Program-made: the position numbers and the translations under genes
Notes under the pieces: model-generated
The model's database searches: none
Seen by the model: only the letters and a program-made list of their open reading frames with translations
What the model was told of the DNA's origin: nothing
Source of the DNA: Promethearchaeota archaeon
GTDB taxonomy: Archaea; Asgardarchaeota; Lokiarchaeia; Sigyniarchaeales; SOKP01
DNA length: 64,000 bases
Assembly (NCBI GenBank): GCA_048938005.1
Contig: JBHLMQ010000003.1
Location: forward strand, 64,001-128,000
Direction of reading: 5' to 3'
In this document: positions 9,559 through 20,213 of the stretch, in pieces
Layout of the letters: each line of letters starts with the position of its first letter
Numbering within the stretch: the stretch's first letter is position 1

Positions 9559-11286
9559 ATGTCGACAAAATTAGGAGAGGACGATGAATTAAGAAAAAAA
9601 GTGTGGAAAATCATCAATTTAATACAAGCTAATCAATTATTTGTACATTATAAAGATATGAGCATTAAGTACCTAGATGAAAAAAATAGAAAAATAAGTA
9701 CAAAATTATTGCCAGAAATATTATCACTATGCATTCTCAATGCCATAGTTCCCAACTCCGCTATGTTGTTAATTGGAGGTCATGGAGGGGGTAAAACCAC
9801 GCTTGTAAAGCTTTTAGGAAGGATGTTTACATCTAATTCACTTAATGATATTGAAAACTCTATCATAAGAGGCCATCCTCAATTAACTGAAGAGAAACTT
9901 ATTGGAACCTTAAAGCTAGGTAAATTGATGAAAGAAGGTGAGGAAGAAGTAGTATGGAGACAATTTGTTACAAATTTTTGGAAAATTATTGATGAAGTAA
10001 ATCGGTTAACTCCATATGCCCAAGATATTCTATTATCGTTATTAGCAGAGGGAACAGTAAAATATTATGATTCAATAACAACAATTAATAAATATTGCTT
10101 ATTTGCTACTATAAATCCACATGATATAGGGACTTTTGAATTATCTCAACCATTCTTAGATAGATTTGGAATCTCTGTTCCTATTTCAATGCCTGGAAGC
10201 CATGATTTGCAGTTAATCTTAACAGGAAAAGATGAAAAATATAGTGGGTATGATGAATTAATCCAAGTGCCTCAAGTTTTGAGTATAGATGAATTAATGG
10301 AAATACATTTTTATGTTAATAGAATTCCTTTCTCATCTGAAGTTAATAACTATATACATGCTATAATTAGAGAATTTACATTATGCTCGAGGGTTGATAA
10401 AGGAAATACTGAGGATTTAAAACCTAGTACCGGATTATGTTCAGGATGTCATTTTAACACAGCACAAAATATTTGTAATAAGATTGATTCAATTCTAAGT
10501 GTAAGGGTTGCTAAGGATCTATTAAGGTATTCAAAAGCTCTAGTATGGTTATTAGGAATTGATAAGATTGATGTTAATATTGTAAATACCATTGCTCCTT
10601 ATGTAATTTCACATAGAACTGTATATGTTAAAAGGGAATTAGATAAATCACCATATTTTGGAAACAAATATGAATTTACTAGAAATATCTTGAAAAGTGT
10701 CCAACAAAGATTTAAAAATCGTGAAACTTGTTATCAAATTGCTGATAGATTTCGTGAAGGAAGATCCAAAGATAATGATTTAACCGAATTAAAAAAATTC
10801 GAAAAGAATGATTTAATTGTAAAACATGATTTAATTCCATTTGTTAATTCAATTAACAATAAGGAATATCCTCCAATTGCACAACAAATACAAGAAGCAT
10901 CTAAGAAGGGAGATATTTCAAGACTCGCAGAAATTCGGAATGAACTCTTAGAAGAAATCGATTTCCCTAATAGAGGAGATCTAATTGAATGGTGTAATCG
11001 AGAACTATTTAAACAAACAGTTACCGATTATGTTATTAAATACTCTTATTGGAAAGAAGTTTGGGCCGACGTTGCGACTGAATTCTCTAATTTGGATCAA
11101 CCAATAAAAGAAGCATTTAGCCAAAGACAAACTAAACAAATTCGCACAGAAGATATGTTGATTGAAATTAATGTTACGGGAACTAAAGATGATTCATTAG
11201 TAAATATTCAGATTTCAGGAGGATCTGAAGCTTTAAAATTAAGAAATATTCTAGATAATTTAGAATACATACAAAAGGAAGAATAA
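9559..11286 (+). CDS. MoxR-type AAA+ ATPase
   Basis: Walker A GGHGGGKT, IDEVNR, ATINP, FLDRF. Confidence 0.88.
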   Translation: MSTKLGEDDELRKKVWKIINLIQANQLFVHYKDMSIKYLDEKNRKISTKLLPEILSLCILNAIVPNSAMLLIGGHGGGKTTLVKLLGRMFTSNSLNDIENSIIRGHPQLTEEKLIGTLKLGKLMKEGEEEVVWRQFVTNFWKIIDEVNRLTPYAQDILLSLLAEGTVKYYDSITTINKYCLFATINPHDIGTFELSQPFLDRFGISVPISMPGSHDLQLILTGKDEKYSGYDELIQVPQVLSIDELMEIHFYVNRIPFSSEVNNYIHAIIREFTLCSRVDKGNTEDLKPSTGLCSGCHFNTAQNICNKIDSILSVRVAKDLLRYSKALVWLLGIDKIDVNIVNTIAPYVISHRTVYVKRELDKSPYFGNKYEFTRNILKSVQQRFKNRETCYQIADRFREGRSKDNDLTELKKFEKNDLIVKHDLIPFVNSINNKEYPPIAQQIQEASKKGDISRLAEIRNELLEEIDFPNRGDLIEWCNRELFKQTVTDYVIKYSYWKEVWADVATEFSNLDQPIKEAFSQRQTKQIRTEDMLIEINVTGTKDDSLVNIQISGGSEALKLRNILDNLEYIQKEE

Positions 11287-11303
11287 AAGAATCTAATTGT
11301 AAA

Positions 11304-13025
11304 ATGATTCAAATAAGAAAAAAGAGAAGACGGAAGGGTATTAAACAAGACATAACAGAAAAGGAAAGAAAATTAATAGAATTAGCTAAGATTGCATGGG
11401 GTAAAACATTAAAGGAATTCTATTATCCCCCTTTAAACGACCCTAATTATGTGTTTGATTATACGCATTTAGAGGGTTTTTATATTGATCCTGATCATCG
11501 ATGGCAAATAACAATGAACTTAGCTAATACCCCAATATTTAAAGACAAGAATGAATATATTGACTATTTTCATATTATATCACTTCATGAAGTCTCTCAT
11601 TATCAAATAATTCCTTATGATGGTCTGATCAATGCAAAGTTACTTAGAGCTGCGATTATGAATGTTAATGAGAATTATGCCCCTATTATTGTAAACATTT
11701 TCGCTGATCTCATTATAGACACAAAATTATTTCAAAAATATCCAAATCTTATTATGTGGGAAATGAGGGTAACCTATCAACATATTAAAAATAAAGGGCC
11801 AATTAGCAACTTAACAAGGTTTTTATTTCGAGCTTATGAAAAAATCTGGAATAAAGATGTCTTAAATGATGAGACATTAAAGGAAATGGATTCCTTAGCA
11901 GAAAGAGTTACCAAAATAATTTTAAAAGATTTTGAGGACGAGTCGACTTGGGAAAAAAAAGTAGCTCTAGTTGCAAAATATTTAAATAATTTAATACAAG
12001 ATACCTTTACGTTATTAGGAACTAGAAGTCTTTTGGATAAAAATAAAGAAAAGAGAAAAAGCCCTGGAGGCGCTTTTATAGAAGTTCCCAAAGATGTTTT
12101 AGAAGTAATGGATAATCCTTTAGAGAATAAAAACTCAGATAAATTAAAAGAAGGTAATGAAGAGGAATTAAGACAAAAATCAGAAGAATTTGCAAAAGAT
12201 ATTCCATACTCTGAATTTGGAGGACCAGCACGCCAAGCCGGAATATTAGTTGATGCTAGTGCATTGGCTACATGGTATAGAGGATTGGCAAAAAATTTAA
12301 TTGAAATAAAAATATTTGCAGAAAAACCTGGAGGGCAATTACCAGTTTATCCGGAGATGTGGCGTATTGGAGATCGAATAGAAGAGTTAGATATTGTTCA
12401 GAGTTTATTAAATAGCCCGGTAATTATACCCAATATTACTACAAGAAAATGGGCATTTAAAGAAGGTCGAGGGCATCTAGTTGAAAAACAGATACCAGAT
12501 CTATTAATTGTTTTAGATTCTTCGGGATCTATGAATTGGAATTATACATCGAGATCTGCCAGGGGAAAAGGTCCGTATCACACAGCTTTAGTAGCTGCAT
12601 TTGCATCTTTACATTATGCTGCTAGAAAAGGTGCTAAATTCAGTGTAATCAATTTTTCCAATAGAGCAGACATATGTCAATGGACCTCTGATTATATTAA
12701 AGCTGAAAAAGTCTTATTGAGATATCAAGGAGGAGGAACATTTTTGCCAATAAAAGAAATTGCAAATCAATGTGAAAAAGCAGAGAGAAATACTCTGGTA
12801 TTTATTATCACTGATTTTGGTATATATAATTGGAGTAAAGCTAAAAAATTGATGATAAATCTTGCTCAAAGCGGTCATAAAATCATAGGTTTTTTTATAG
12901 GATCACCAAGAATACCAAAAGAAAAATTTAAGAACTTACTTAATAAAGTTAAATTTTACGGGATTAGGAATCCTAAAGATCTAATTAATCTAGTAATAAA
13001 AGAAGTTCATAATTATTATACATAA
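11304..13025 (+). CDS. vWA-domain protein with N-terminal HExxH metallopeptidase-like domain
   Basis: LHEVSH and NIFAD; MIDAS DSSGSM, GGGT, ITD. Confidence 0.85.
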   Translation: MIQIRKKRRRKGIKQDITEKERKLIELAKIAWGKTLKEFYYPPLNDPNYVFDYTHLEGFYIDPDHRWQITMNLANTPIFKDKNEYIDYFHIISLHEVSHYQIIPYDGLINAKLLRAAIMNVNENYAPIIVNIFADLIIDTKLFQKYPNLIMWEMRVTYQHIKNKGPISNLTRFLFRAYEKIWNKDVLNDETLKEMDSLAERVTKIILKDFEDESTWEKKVALVAKYLNNLIQDTFTLLGTRSLLDKNKEKRKSPGGAFIEVPKDVLEVMDNPLENKNSDKLKEGNEEELRQKSEEFAKDIPYSEFGGPARQAGILVDASALATWYRGLAKNLIEIKIFAEKPGGQLPVYPEMWRIGDRIEELDIVQSLLNSPVIIPNITTRKWAFKEGRGHLVEKQIPDLLIVLDSSGSMNWNYTSRSARGKGPYHTALVAAFASLHYAARKGAKFSVINFSNRADICQWTSDYIKAEKVLLRYQGGGTFLPIKEIANQCEKAERNTLVFIITDFGIYNWSKAKKLMINLAQSGHKIIGFFIGSPRIPKEKFKNLLNKVKFYGIRNPKDLINLVIKEVHNYYT

Positions 13026-13125
13026 AAAATATATCGATACTTCAAAAATATAGTATTTAAATTTAAAAGATAAAAATATCTTGTCTTTATTAGATTATAA
13101 ATCGCTAATAAAGAATAATATTATT

Positions 13126-14073
13126 ATGGCTAATTTTTGTATAAACTGTGGGAAACCTATAAACCCTAAATGGAAGTTTTGTCCATTTTGCTCTCATCAT
13201 GTTTATCAAGCACCAGAAGATATTTCTCAAATACCATTCGAAAAGCCAAGATTTGAGGCTTATCAGGCTGTAGATACCTACTCATCAGAACCAAGCACAT
13301 TTGAAAAAGAAAGGAAAAAAAAAAAGAGATTAACAAAACTTCAAAAAAGAGCTATAATTATAGGGGTACCTATAATAGTTGCTGCGATTATTATACCTAT
13401 TGCTAGTATCGCAATATATCAATATCTTTTTCCACAAAAAACAATTCATTTTTTCGTAGATAATGGAAATTATTCTACATCTTACACGGTTACAACTACT
13501 CGAGCTACTTTAGAATATTTTGATGATAAAACGCATCCTTCTCATACTTACTATGATCCAGATGATGTAGTATCGGTTATTGAATCCTATTGCACCCCCA
13601 ATGACTCAAGAATTATTCAAATTGCAAATGGAATTCGTTCAAAATGTATTGATCCATATGATTTCGAAGAAATTGTAAACGGTTTGTTAAGTTTTACCCA
13701 AGCTATTGGATATAAAGAAGAGATTTATGATTTAGCTCAATATCCAATGGAAACTATTTTCAACCAGGGAGATTGCGAAGATCTTTCTATTTTATTTGGC
13801 TCATTAGTAGTTTCCTTAGGATTTGAAGCAATTATCTGCGTTATAAATTACTTTGATGAAAGTGAAGGTGAATGGTTTGGTCATGCAAGTGTTGGTGTAT
13901 ATTTAAATTTTACTCCCACACAGCATACGAGTTATCCTCCTAGTCATTCTTTTTTAGTAAATAGTAAGGATTATTGGATTTGTGAAACTACATACCAAGG
14001 TTGGATGATAGGACAATTACCTACATCTAATCCGAGTTATTATGAAATGCTAGCTTATGAATTCATCAACTAA
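13126..14073 (+). CDS. Zinc-ribbon, single-TM, transglutaminase-like protein
   Basis: CINCG...CPFC, hydrophobic TM, YPMET...GDCED, GHA, CETT; ATG at 13126 preferred over TTG at 13081. Confidence 0.8.
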   Translation: MANFCINCGKPINPKWKFCPFCSHHVYQAPEDISQIPFEKPRFEAYQAVDTYSSEPSTFEKERKKKKRLTKLQKRAIIIGVPIIVAAIIIPIASIAIYQYLFPQKTIHFFVDNGNYSTSYTVTTTRATLEYFDDKTHPSHTYYDPDDVVSVIESYCTPNDSRIIQIANGIRSKCIDPYDFEEIVNGLLSFTQAIGYKEEIYDLAQYPMETIFNQGDCEDLSILFGSLVVSLGFEAIICVINYFDESEGEWFGHASVGVYLNFTPTQHTSYPPSHSFLVNSKDYWICETTYQGWMIGQLPTSNPSYYEMLAYEFIN

Positions 14074-14078
14074 TACTT

Positions 14079-14579
14079 TCATTCCTTATTAATTTCTCGT
14101 AAATAAAGCTTCATAAAATAGCGTTGACTTTGGCAATAAAGAAGCTTATCCTTATATGTTAAATGCCTACATTTTTGTAATACATTCGAAATATCTGTTA
14201 GAAGTTTAAAATTATCATATTTTGTCTTTTGTGGTATTATTTCTACTTGTTTGTCAATGCTATTATTAATAGCTTTCTTTTCATAGAATAAATCTTTAAG
14301 ATTTAGAACTGGTTCCGATTCTTTTACTTCTGAATCCTTCATTATTTTTACTCTTTCCTCAGGAATCCTTAATTTATTATTGGTAGAAATTTTATAGGTG
14401 TGTTTAGAATTCTCATTTATTTCATTCTTAATTTCTTCATAAAAAAATTCAGTGCAAATCCCTTTATGCCGATATCTACAATTTATGCAAGCACGCGAAC
14501 CTCGATCAGACTGGATTTTACAAACATTATAAGGTTTTTTAAGAATATCCTCCGATTCATTTAAATTTGAACTCATCAT
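14079..14579 (-). CDS. Hypothetical protein with Cys clusters
   Basis: 166-aa ORF, CINCRY...C. Confidence 0.5.
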   Translation of the reverse strand: MMSSNLNESEDILKKPYNVCKIQSDRGSRACINCRYRHKGICTEFFYEEIKNEINENSKHTYKISTNNKLRIPEERVKIMKDSEVKESEPVLNLKDLFYEKKAINNSIDKQVEIIPQKTKYDNFKLLTDISNVLQKCRHLTYKDKLLYCQSQRYFMKLYLREINKE

Positions 14580-14818
14580 TTTCTTGGTTATTACGTATTA
14601 TTCAATAATTTTTTCTTGTAATTCTCTTAGACTTCTCCGATAATAGCAGAGAAATATCCACATATATATTAAAAGAATTTAATTTAATCTTTTGAACATA
14701 AATGATATCTAGGTAATATCCTCAATTATTTGAAATTATTTTGAAATTTGAAAAAAAATAATAAAATTTTCTTTTAATTATAAAATTATTAAATTAAGGA
14801 AAAATATGGAGATATTAA

Positions 14819-15928
14819 ATGAAAGCAGAGGAAATAAGAATATATAGAAAATTGCAAGAACATCTTGATAAATTTCCGATTGGTTTTCCTGCTACAAAAT
14901 CTGGAGTAGAATTAAAATTATTGCAATACCTTTTTACTCCCGAAGAGGCAAAGGTTGCTACTAAACTTAATTTCGCTTTTGAACCCCTAAATATGATATA
15001 TGAACGGGTAAACGATCCTAATTTGTCAATTGAAGAATTAGAAAAATTATTAGAAAATAGCGTAAAGAAGGGGGCTATTCATTATAAAAAAAAAGGAGAT
15101 AAGAAACTTTACGCAAATGCAATGCTGATTATTGGTATTTTTGAGTATCAAGTAAACAGACTTACAATGGAGTTTATGGATCTTATGAAGCAATATGGAC
15201 AAGAAGTGTTTGATGTTGAGCTATTTCGAACCAAAATATCTCAGACTCGCGTAGTACCGGTGGAGAAAAGCATAACCCACGAGAATTTTGTAGCCACTTA
15301 TAATGATGTAAGGAGCCTAATTGAAAATGCAGAAAAACCTATTGCTGTGGCCAAATGTGTGTGTCGCCAAAAACAAGATGTTCGAAGAGAAAGAGATCCA
15401 TGTAAACTTACCGATAGATATGAGACATGTATAGGATTTGGACATATGGCACAGATGTACATCGACCAAGGTTGGGCTCGTGAAATAACTAAGGAGGACG
15501 CTCTAAAAATTTTAGATAAAAATGAAGAAACAGGATTAGTGCTACAGTCTGGTAATGCTCAACGTCCAAACTTTATATGTAGTTGTTGTGGATGTTGCTG
15601 CGGATTATTAAGAGATTTAAAAAAGATGAACAATCCAGCAAGACTTATGAAAACTAATTATTACATTGAGATTGATTCTGATTTATGTGTTGGGTGTGGA
15701 ATATGTATAGAACGATGTCAAATGGATGCTTTAACTCTTGTTGACGACATCTCAACTGTGAATCGAAAAAAATGTTTGGGTTGCGGCCTTTGCGTTGTAA
15801 CTTGTTCTTCAGGAGCAATCAAGTTAAAGAACAATGAGAACGTAACATCTCCACCTGAGACAACTGATGATTTGAACACAGTGATCCTAAATAAAAAAAA
15901 TGAATTAATAGAGAAATATACTAAATAA
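14819..15928 (+). CDS. 4Fe-4S dicluster protein
   Basis: CVCR, ICSCCGCCCG, two C-terminal CxxCxxCxxxC motifs. Confidence 0.88.
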   Translation: MKAEEIRIYRKLQEHLDKFPIGFPATKSGVELKLLQYLFTPEEAKVATKLNFAFEPLNMIYERVNDPNLSIEELEKLLENSVKKGAIHYKKKGDKKLYANAMLIIGIFEYQVNRLTMEFMDLMKQYGQEVFDVELFRTKISQTRVVPVEKSITHENFVATYNDVRSLIENAEKPIAVAKCVCRQKQDVRRERDPCKLTDRYETCIGFGHMAQMYIDQGWAREITKEDALKILDKNEETGLVLQSGNAQRPNFICSCCGCCCGLLRDLKKMNNPARLMKTNYYIEIDSDLCVGCGICIERCQMDALTLVDDISTVNRKKCLGCGLCVVTCSSGAIKLKNNENVTSPPETTDDLNTVILNKKNELIEKYTK

Positions 15929-16002
15929 AAAAGTTAATTAATTTTACCCCAAATAATTTTTGGGTGCATCATTTTAGTCTAATTTTTATTATTCTTAAGG
16001 AA

Positions 16003-16533
16003 TTAGAGTACAGCAAGTAAACTATCAATATCAAGCCAACCTTTTAATGCATGAATTATATTTCCTCGCTCATTTACAACGAATTGCCCGGGTCCTTGTT
16101 TTTCCCACCCTTCATATTTCCCATGCTCAATACCTAATTTGCTGGCCTCTTTCAATTTCGACCGAACTTGAGCAACTGCTTCAGAAGTCATTATTCCAAG
16201 CCCATATTCCTGATATAATTCATCCTTTGAACTTGGAATAACCGGAAAATCAATATTTTCCTTTTCTATATATTCTTTTGCTACTTCTTCGCCTGATTGA
16301 GTGATATATAAAATTTTAGCTCCTTTTTCCTCAATTTCATTTTTGCGTGCCAAAATGTTTTTTAGATCTAATTGGCATATATTGCATCCAAAATATCTTG
16401 AAAAAATTAAGACAATTTTCTGAGCTACAATTAATTCTACTAAGTCAATCGTGCCTGCGTTATAGGATTCTAATTTAAATAATGGGGCTTTATCTCCTTC
16501 TTTTAAATCTTTATTTCCCATAATATCCCACAT
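16003..16533 (-). CDS. AhpC/TSA peroxiredoxin-like redoxin
   Basis: GDKAPLF, RYFGCNIC thioredoxin-fold motif. Confidence 0.8.
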   Translation of the reverse strand: MWDIMGNKDLKEGDKAPLFKLESYNAGTIDLVELIVAQKIVLIFSRYFGCNICQLDLKNILARKNEIEEKGAKILYITQSGEEVAKEYIEKENIDFPVIPSSKDELYQEYGLGIMTSEAVAQVRSKLKEASKLGIEHGKYEGWEKQGPGQFVVNERGNIIHALKGWLDIDSLLAVL

Positions 16534-16706
16534 TTCTTTAATATATATTTTTCAAATTCTTGCTTTCATAAAAGATTTACTGAAGTTTCCTGTCAGTTAC
16601 TTATTCTTTAAGATGAATTTTTAAAATTAAAATAAATAAAAATGAAAACTTAAAAATTCCAAAATAGATGTTACTACATTATTAAGCTAAAAAGAGGGAC
16701 ACATAT

Positions 16707-18542
16707 TTGAAAGGATTTGCAGGAAAACTTTTGGCAATATATCTAAATAATAATGACATTAAAGAGGAACCTTTGGATGAGGAAATTGCACAAAATTTCT
16801 TAGGTGGTTCAGGTTATTGCTGTAAATATTTATATAATAAGATAGATAAAGACACTAACCCTTTATCTCCAGAAAATATTCTTATGTTCATGACAGGTCC
16901 ATTATGTGGATCCAGCGCTCCCTCGAGTGGTAGGTTTGTCGTGTGTGCTAAGTCTCCTTTAACAGGAATCTGGGGAGAATCAAACTGTGGAGGTTTTTTC
17001 GGTCCTGAATTGAAAAAGGTAGGATATGATGGAATTATAATAAAGGGGGCTTCAAATACTCCGGTATATATAGAAATCACTGAAAGTGGTGTTAAAATCA
17101 AGGATGGTACAATATTATGGGGAAAAGGAATCTTTGAGACTTCAAAGATATTAAAAGAAAATTTAGGGCTAAAGTTTGCTAGAGTTGCCTGTATTGGGCC
17201 AGCAGGAGAAAATCTTGTAAAATACGCTACAATAGCATCAGAAGAAAGAGCAGCAGGTAGGACCGGTATGGGTGCAGTGATGGGTTCAAAAAAACTAAAA
17301 GCTATTGTTGTGAGAGGTGATAAAATGATATATACTCCAGCTAATCCAGAAAAATATAAAGAATCTATAAAAAAAGCCAGAAAGCATATAAAGAACTCAT
17401 TTTTCACTCAGCTATTTGGTATGTTTGGTACTTCTGGATTTGTAGATTCTTGCAATGTTTATGGAGATTTGCCTACAAAGTATTGGACTTTAGGTAAATA
17501 TGACAAGGCAGATAAAATCTCAGGAACAGTAACATATGAAAAGTTTTACACGAGAAAAAATCCTTGCTTTTCATGTCCTATTGGTTGTGCCCGTAAAATC
17601 ATGATAAAGGAAGGAAATTACAAAACAGATCATGAAATTGAAGCAGCAGAATTTGAAACTGTTGTTGGTTTCGGTTCCTTGATTTTAAATCACAACTTAG
17701 AATCGATTCAAAAAGCAAATTATATGTGTAATGATCTGGGGATTGATACGATTAGTGGAAGTAGTACTATTGCTTTTATCTATTATCTTTTTGATAATCA
17801 GAAAATTAAATCGGAGGATATTGATGGTTTGGTACCAGAGTGGGGCCGTATAGATCCAGCTCTTGACATGATTAAAAAAATTGCTTATAGAGATGGAATT
17901 GGAAACTTACTAGCAGAAGGTTCCGATGCGGTTGGCAAAAAGTTTAATATCCCACAGGATGAAATTGCAACTGTGTATGGAATGGAAGTTCCATATCATG
18001 ATTTACGACATATATATGGCATGGCTGTAGCATACGCTTTAGGTACTCCAAGAGGCCCATGTCACGAATCATGCGATTTGTTCGTTGTATTGATGGGCTC
18101 TCAACTTGAAAGTTTTGGAATCAAATTGATAGATTGGCATCAAGACGATAAAGAAATGGCAATAGTTAGTGCCTTGGTACAAGATTATAGAGCAATTTTT
18201 AATTCTATGATAATGTGTAGTATTGCTGATCCTTTATCTGAACAAATAATAGATATACTTAACGCAGCAATAGGATTAGACTTTAATATGGCTGAATTTA
18301 AAAAATTAGGAGAAAGAATTTATATGATTAAACGCATGTTCAATCTTAAAATGGGCATTACTCCTGAAGATGATAAATTACCACGAATATTATTAAATCC
18401 TGTTAATGAGGGTGGTTCAGCAGGTAATACCCCAAATTTTGAAAAATTAAAAAAGGCTTATTACAAATATAGAACCTTTGATCTCAAAAACGGTTATCCA
18501 AATCAAGAAAAATTAAAATTTCTGGGATTGGATAATCTTTAA
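16707..18542 (+). CDS. aor: Aldehyde:ferredoxin oxidoreductase (W/Mo-pterin AOR family)
   Basis: KSPLTG, GPAGENLV, AGRTGMGAVMGSKKLKA, CxxCxxxC, DDKLPR. Confidence 0.93.
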   Translation: MKGFAGKLLAIYLNNNDIKEEPLDEEIAQNFLGGSGYCCKYLYNKIDKDTNPLSPENILMFMTGPLCGSSAPSSGRFVVCAKSPLTGIWGESNCGGFFGPELKKVGYDGIIIKGASNTPVYIEITESGVKIKDGTILWGKGIFETSKILKENLGLKFARVACIGPAGENLVKYATIASEERAAGRTGMGAVMGSKKLKAIVVRGDKMIYTPANPEKYKESIKKARKHIKNSFFTQLFGMFGTSGFVDSCNVYGDLPTKYWTLGKYDKADKISGTVTYEKFYTRKNPCFSCPIGCARKIMIKEGNYKTDHEIEAAEFETVVGFGSLILNHNLESIQKANYMCNDLGIDTISGSSTIAFIYYLFDNQKIKSEDIDGLVPEWGRIDPALDMIKKIAYRDGIGNLLAEGSDAVGKKFNIPQDEIATVYGMEVPYHDLRHIYGMAVAYALGTPRGPCHESCDLFVVLMGSQLESFGIKLIDWHQDDKEMAIVSALVQDYRAIFNSMIMCSIADPLSEQIIDILNAAIGLDFNMAEFKKLGERIYMIKRMFNLKMGITPEDDKLPRILLNPVNEGGSAGNTPNFEKLKKAYYKYRTFDLKNGYPNQEKLKFLGLDNL

Positions 18543-18570
18543 TAAATTTCTATACCAATATCTTTATTGA

Positions 18571-19215
18571 TTAGAAATTCTTTGCAACCCAATCTTCAAA
18601 TTTGATTTTTCTAAGCTGTTCTGCCCATAATGCTTTTAAATTAGGTTTTTTAGGGAGTAAATCCTCTTCCTTAAGATTGCTATATAATTTGTCAATCGCT
18701 TTTTCTATTAAGATCTCGTATAAGGGAGTTTTTCTATCAAGCTCTCTAAATTTCTCTTGAACTTCTTTTTTTAGTTGTTTAATAATAGTAATCCAATTTT
18801 CTGTATATTTCACTATATATTCTTCTAGTCTTTCGAATTCTTCAGTTGATAATATTGGTATTGTTAATTGATATTTCTGATTTATTAATTTAATTAAAGC
18901 ATACCATTCTAAAGTCATAAGATGGTTATTAACGGTTTCTTTAGTCCATTGGTAAGAAATTTGGCAATCATATTCTTCCTTTGTTATTAATAGTGGTTTT
19001 GGGGTAAAATTAACCTTTTCATAGATTTCTTGAAATGTTTTTGGACCTTTAGCAAGAACTGTTAATATTTCACGTCTTACTTTATTATCTAAAATCCATG
19101 GAATTTCGGGATCATCCCATGGTTTTGATGTGGCAAAATCAAACCAAGGTTGTATCTCATCTACATTTATTTTTCCTACAAAACGATAATTATGATATTT
19201 TGTATTTTCTTTCAA
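18571..19215 (-). CDS. Winged-helix (ArsR-like) protein downstream of sufCB-like genes
   Basis: RREILTVLAKGPKTFQEI...HL..LE...LI pattern. Confidence 0.6.
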   Translation of the reverse strand: MKENTKYHNYRFVGKINVDEIQPWFDFATSKPWDDPEIPWILDNKVRREILTVLAKGPKTFQEIYEKVNFTPKPLLITKEEYDCQISYQWTKETVNNHLMTLEWYALIKLINQKYQLTIPILSTEEFERLEEYIVKYTENWITIIKQLKKEVQEKFRELDRKTPLYEILIEKAIDKLYSNLKEEDLLPKKPNLKALWAEQLRKIKFEDWVAKNF

Positions 19216-19250
19216 TTAATTTCACCATTTCAATTTGAATTTTTTTTAAA

Positions 19251-20213
19251 TTATTCTTCTTGAAGCATAGCATCAATGAGAACTTGTGTTGCTTCCTCCT
19301 CATTTAATCCTTTAGCTTGTAGTTCATCAAGCCATTTTTGTGGGAATCTTCCTAAGGAAGCTTCATGTGAAACACTTGAAGTTGGATCTATTGCTCTTAT
19401 AAAAGGAGTTGCTCTACATATAGATCCTTTTCCAAGTACAATTTCATTGCATTCCACATGTCCATTACAATTTGGTGCATTTCCCTCAGTAATTCCATAC
19501 ATTAACACTTCTCCACCATCTCGGGCAGCAGCTTTCATTTTAATAATACTCCGAGCATTTTCTCCTTCAAGAAAAACTGAATCTCTAATTCTTACAGAAT
19601 CTTTTTTACTTTTTCCAAAAGCTCTAATATTTGATTTGATCACACTATTTTTCATAGCATAAATATCAATCATTATTTTTACTTTCCCAGGAGTTCCTCT
19701 TGTAAGATTAAAACTATTTTCAAAAATACTATTTTCGCCTACATACATATAACCAACTGGTGCAACTAAAGCTCCTGAATTTTCACCATGATAATGAGTT
19801 TCATTATAAGTAAAATTACAATTTTTACCAATATAGAAATGGCCAAACATTTTGTGAATTAATCCATTTGCTTTTGGAAAACTACAATGTGCTTGTACAG
19901 TCACTTCTGTATTATCTTCAGCAATAATTCGTGGAAAAATTTCTTGAACTCCCGTTTCTTTATTAACTCCAAAGCATAAATGAACAGGTTGTTCGATTTT
20001 CGTTCCTTGTTTAATTAAAATATCTGCTACAATTCCATTTTCAATCTCTCTACCTTTTAAAATGACACCTTCCACTTGTTCTAATCCACTAATTTTATTA
20101 AAATCTAATAAAAGTTTGGCACCTTTCCCATGTCCAGGTAAAAAATCCTTAATATCTATATTATAATCTTCAAGACTTTCCAATATTTCTTCTGGATATT
20201 CTGTTTTACTCAT
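19251..20213 (-). CDS. sufB: SufB/SufD-like Fe-S scaffold (SmsB type)
   Basis: PVHLCFG, AHCSF, GHVECNEI, VSHEASLG, KGL.EEEA. Confidence 0.9.
   Translation of the reverse strand: MSKTEYPEEILESLEDYNIDIKDFLPGHGKGAKLLLDFNKISGLEQVEGVILKGREIENGIVADILIKQGTKIEQPVHLCFGVNKETGVQEIFPRIIAEDNTEVTVQAHCSFPKANGLIHKMFGHFYIGKNCNFTYNETHYHGENSGALVAPVGYMYVGENSIFENSFNLTRGTPGKVKIMIDIYAMKNSVIKSNIRAFGKSKKDSVRIRDSVFLEGENARSIIKMKAAARDGGEVLMYGITEGNAPNCNGHVECNEIVLGKGSICRATPFIRAIDPTSSVSHEASLGRFPQKWLDELQAKGLNEEEATQVLIDAMLQEE

Noticed and set aside
15946-15965. Small hairpin between convergent genes
   Set aside because: Short and imperfect; at most a terminator element
16814-17407. 197-aa antisense ORF inside AOR, and similar nested ORFs (102-320, 4434-4616, 11834-12091, 19276-19662, 20493-20843, 33065-33424, 41919-42356, etc.)
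   Set aside because: Fully overlap well-supported genes on the opposite strand or another frame and lack motifs
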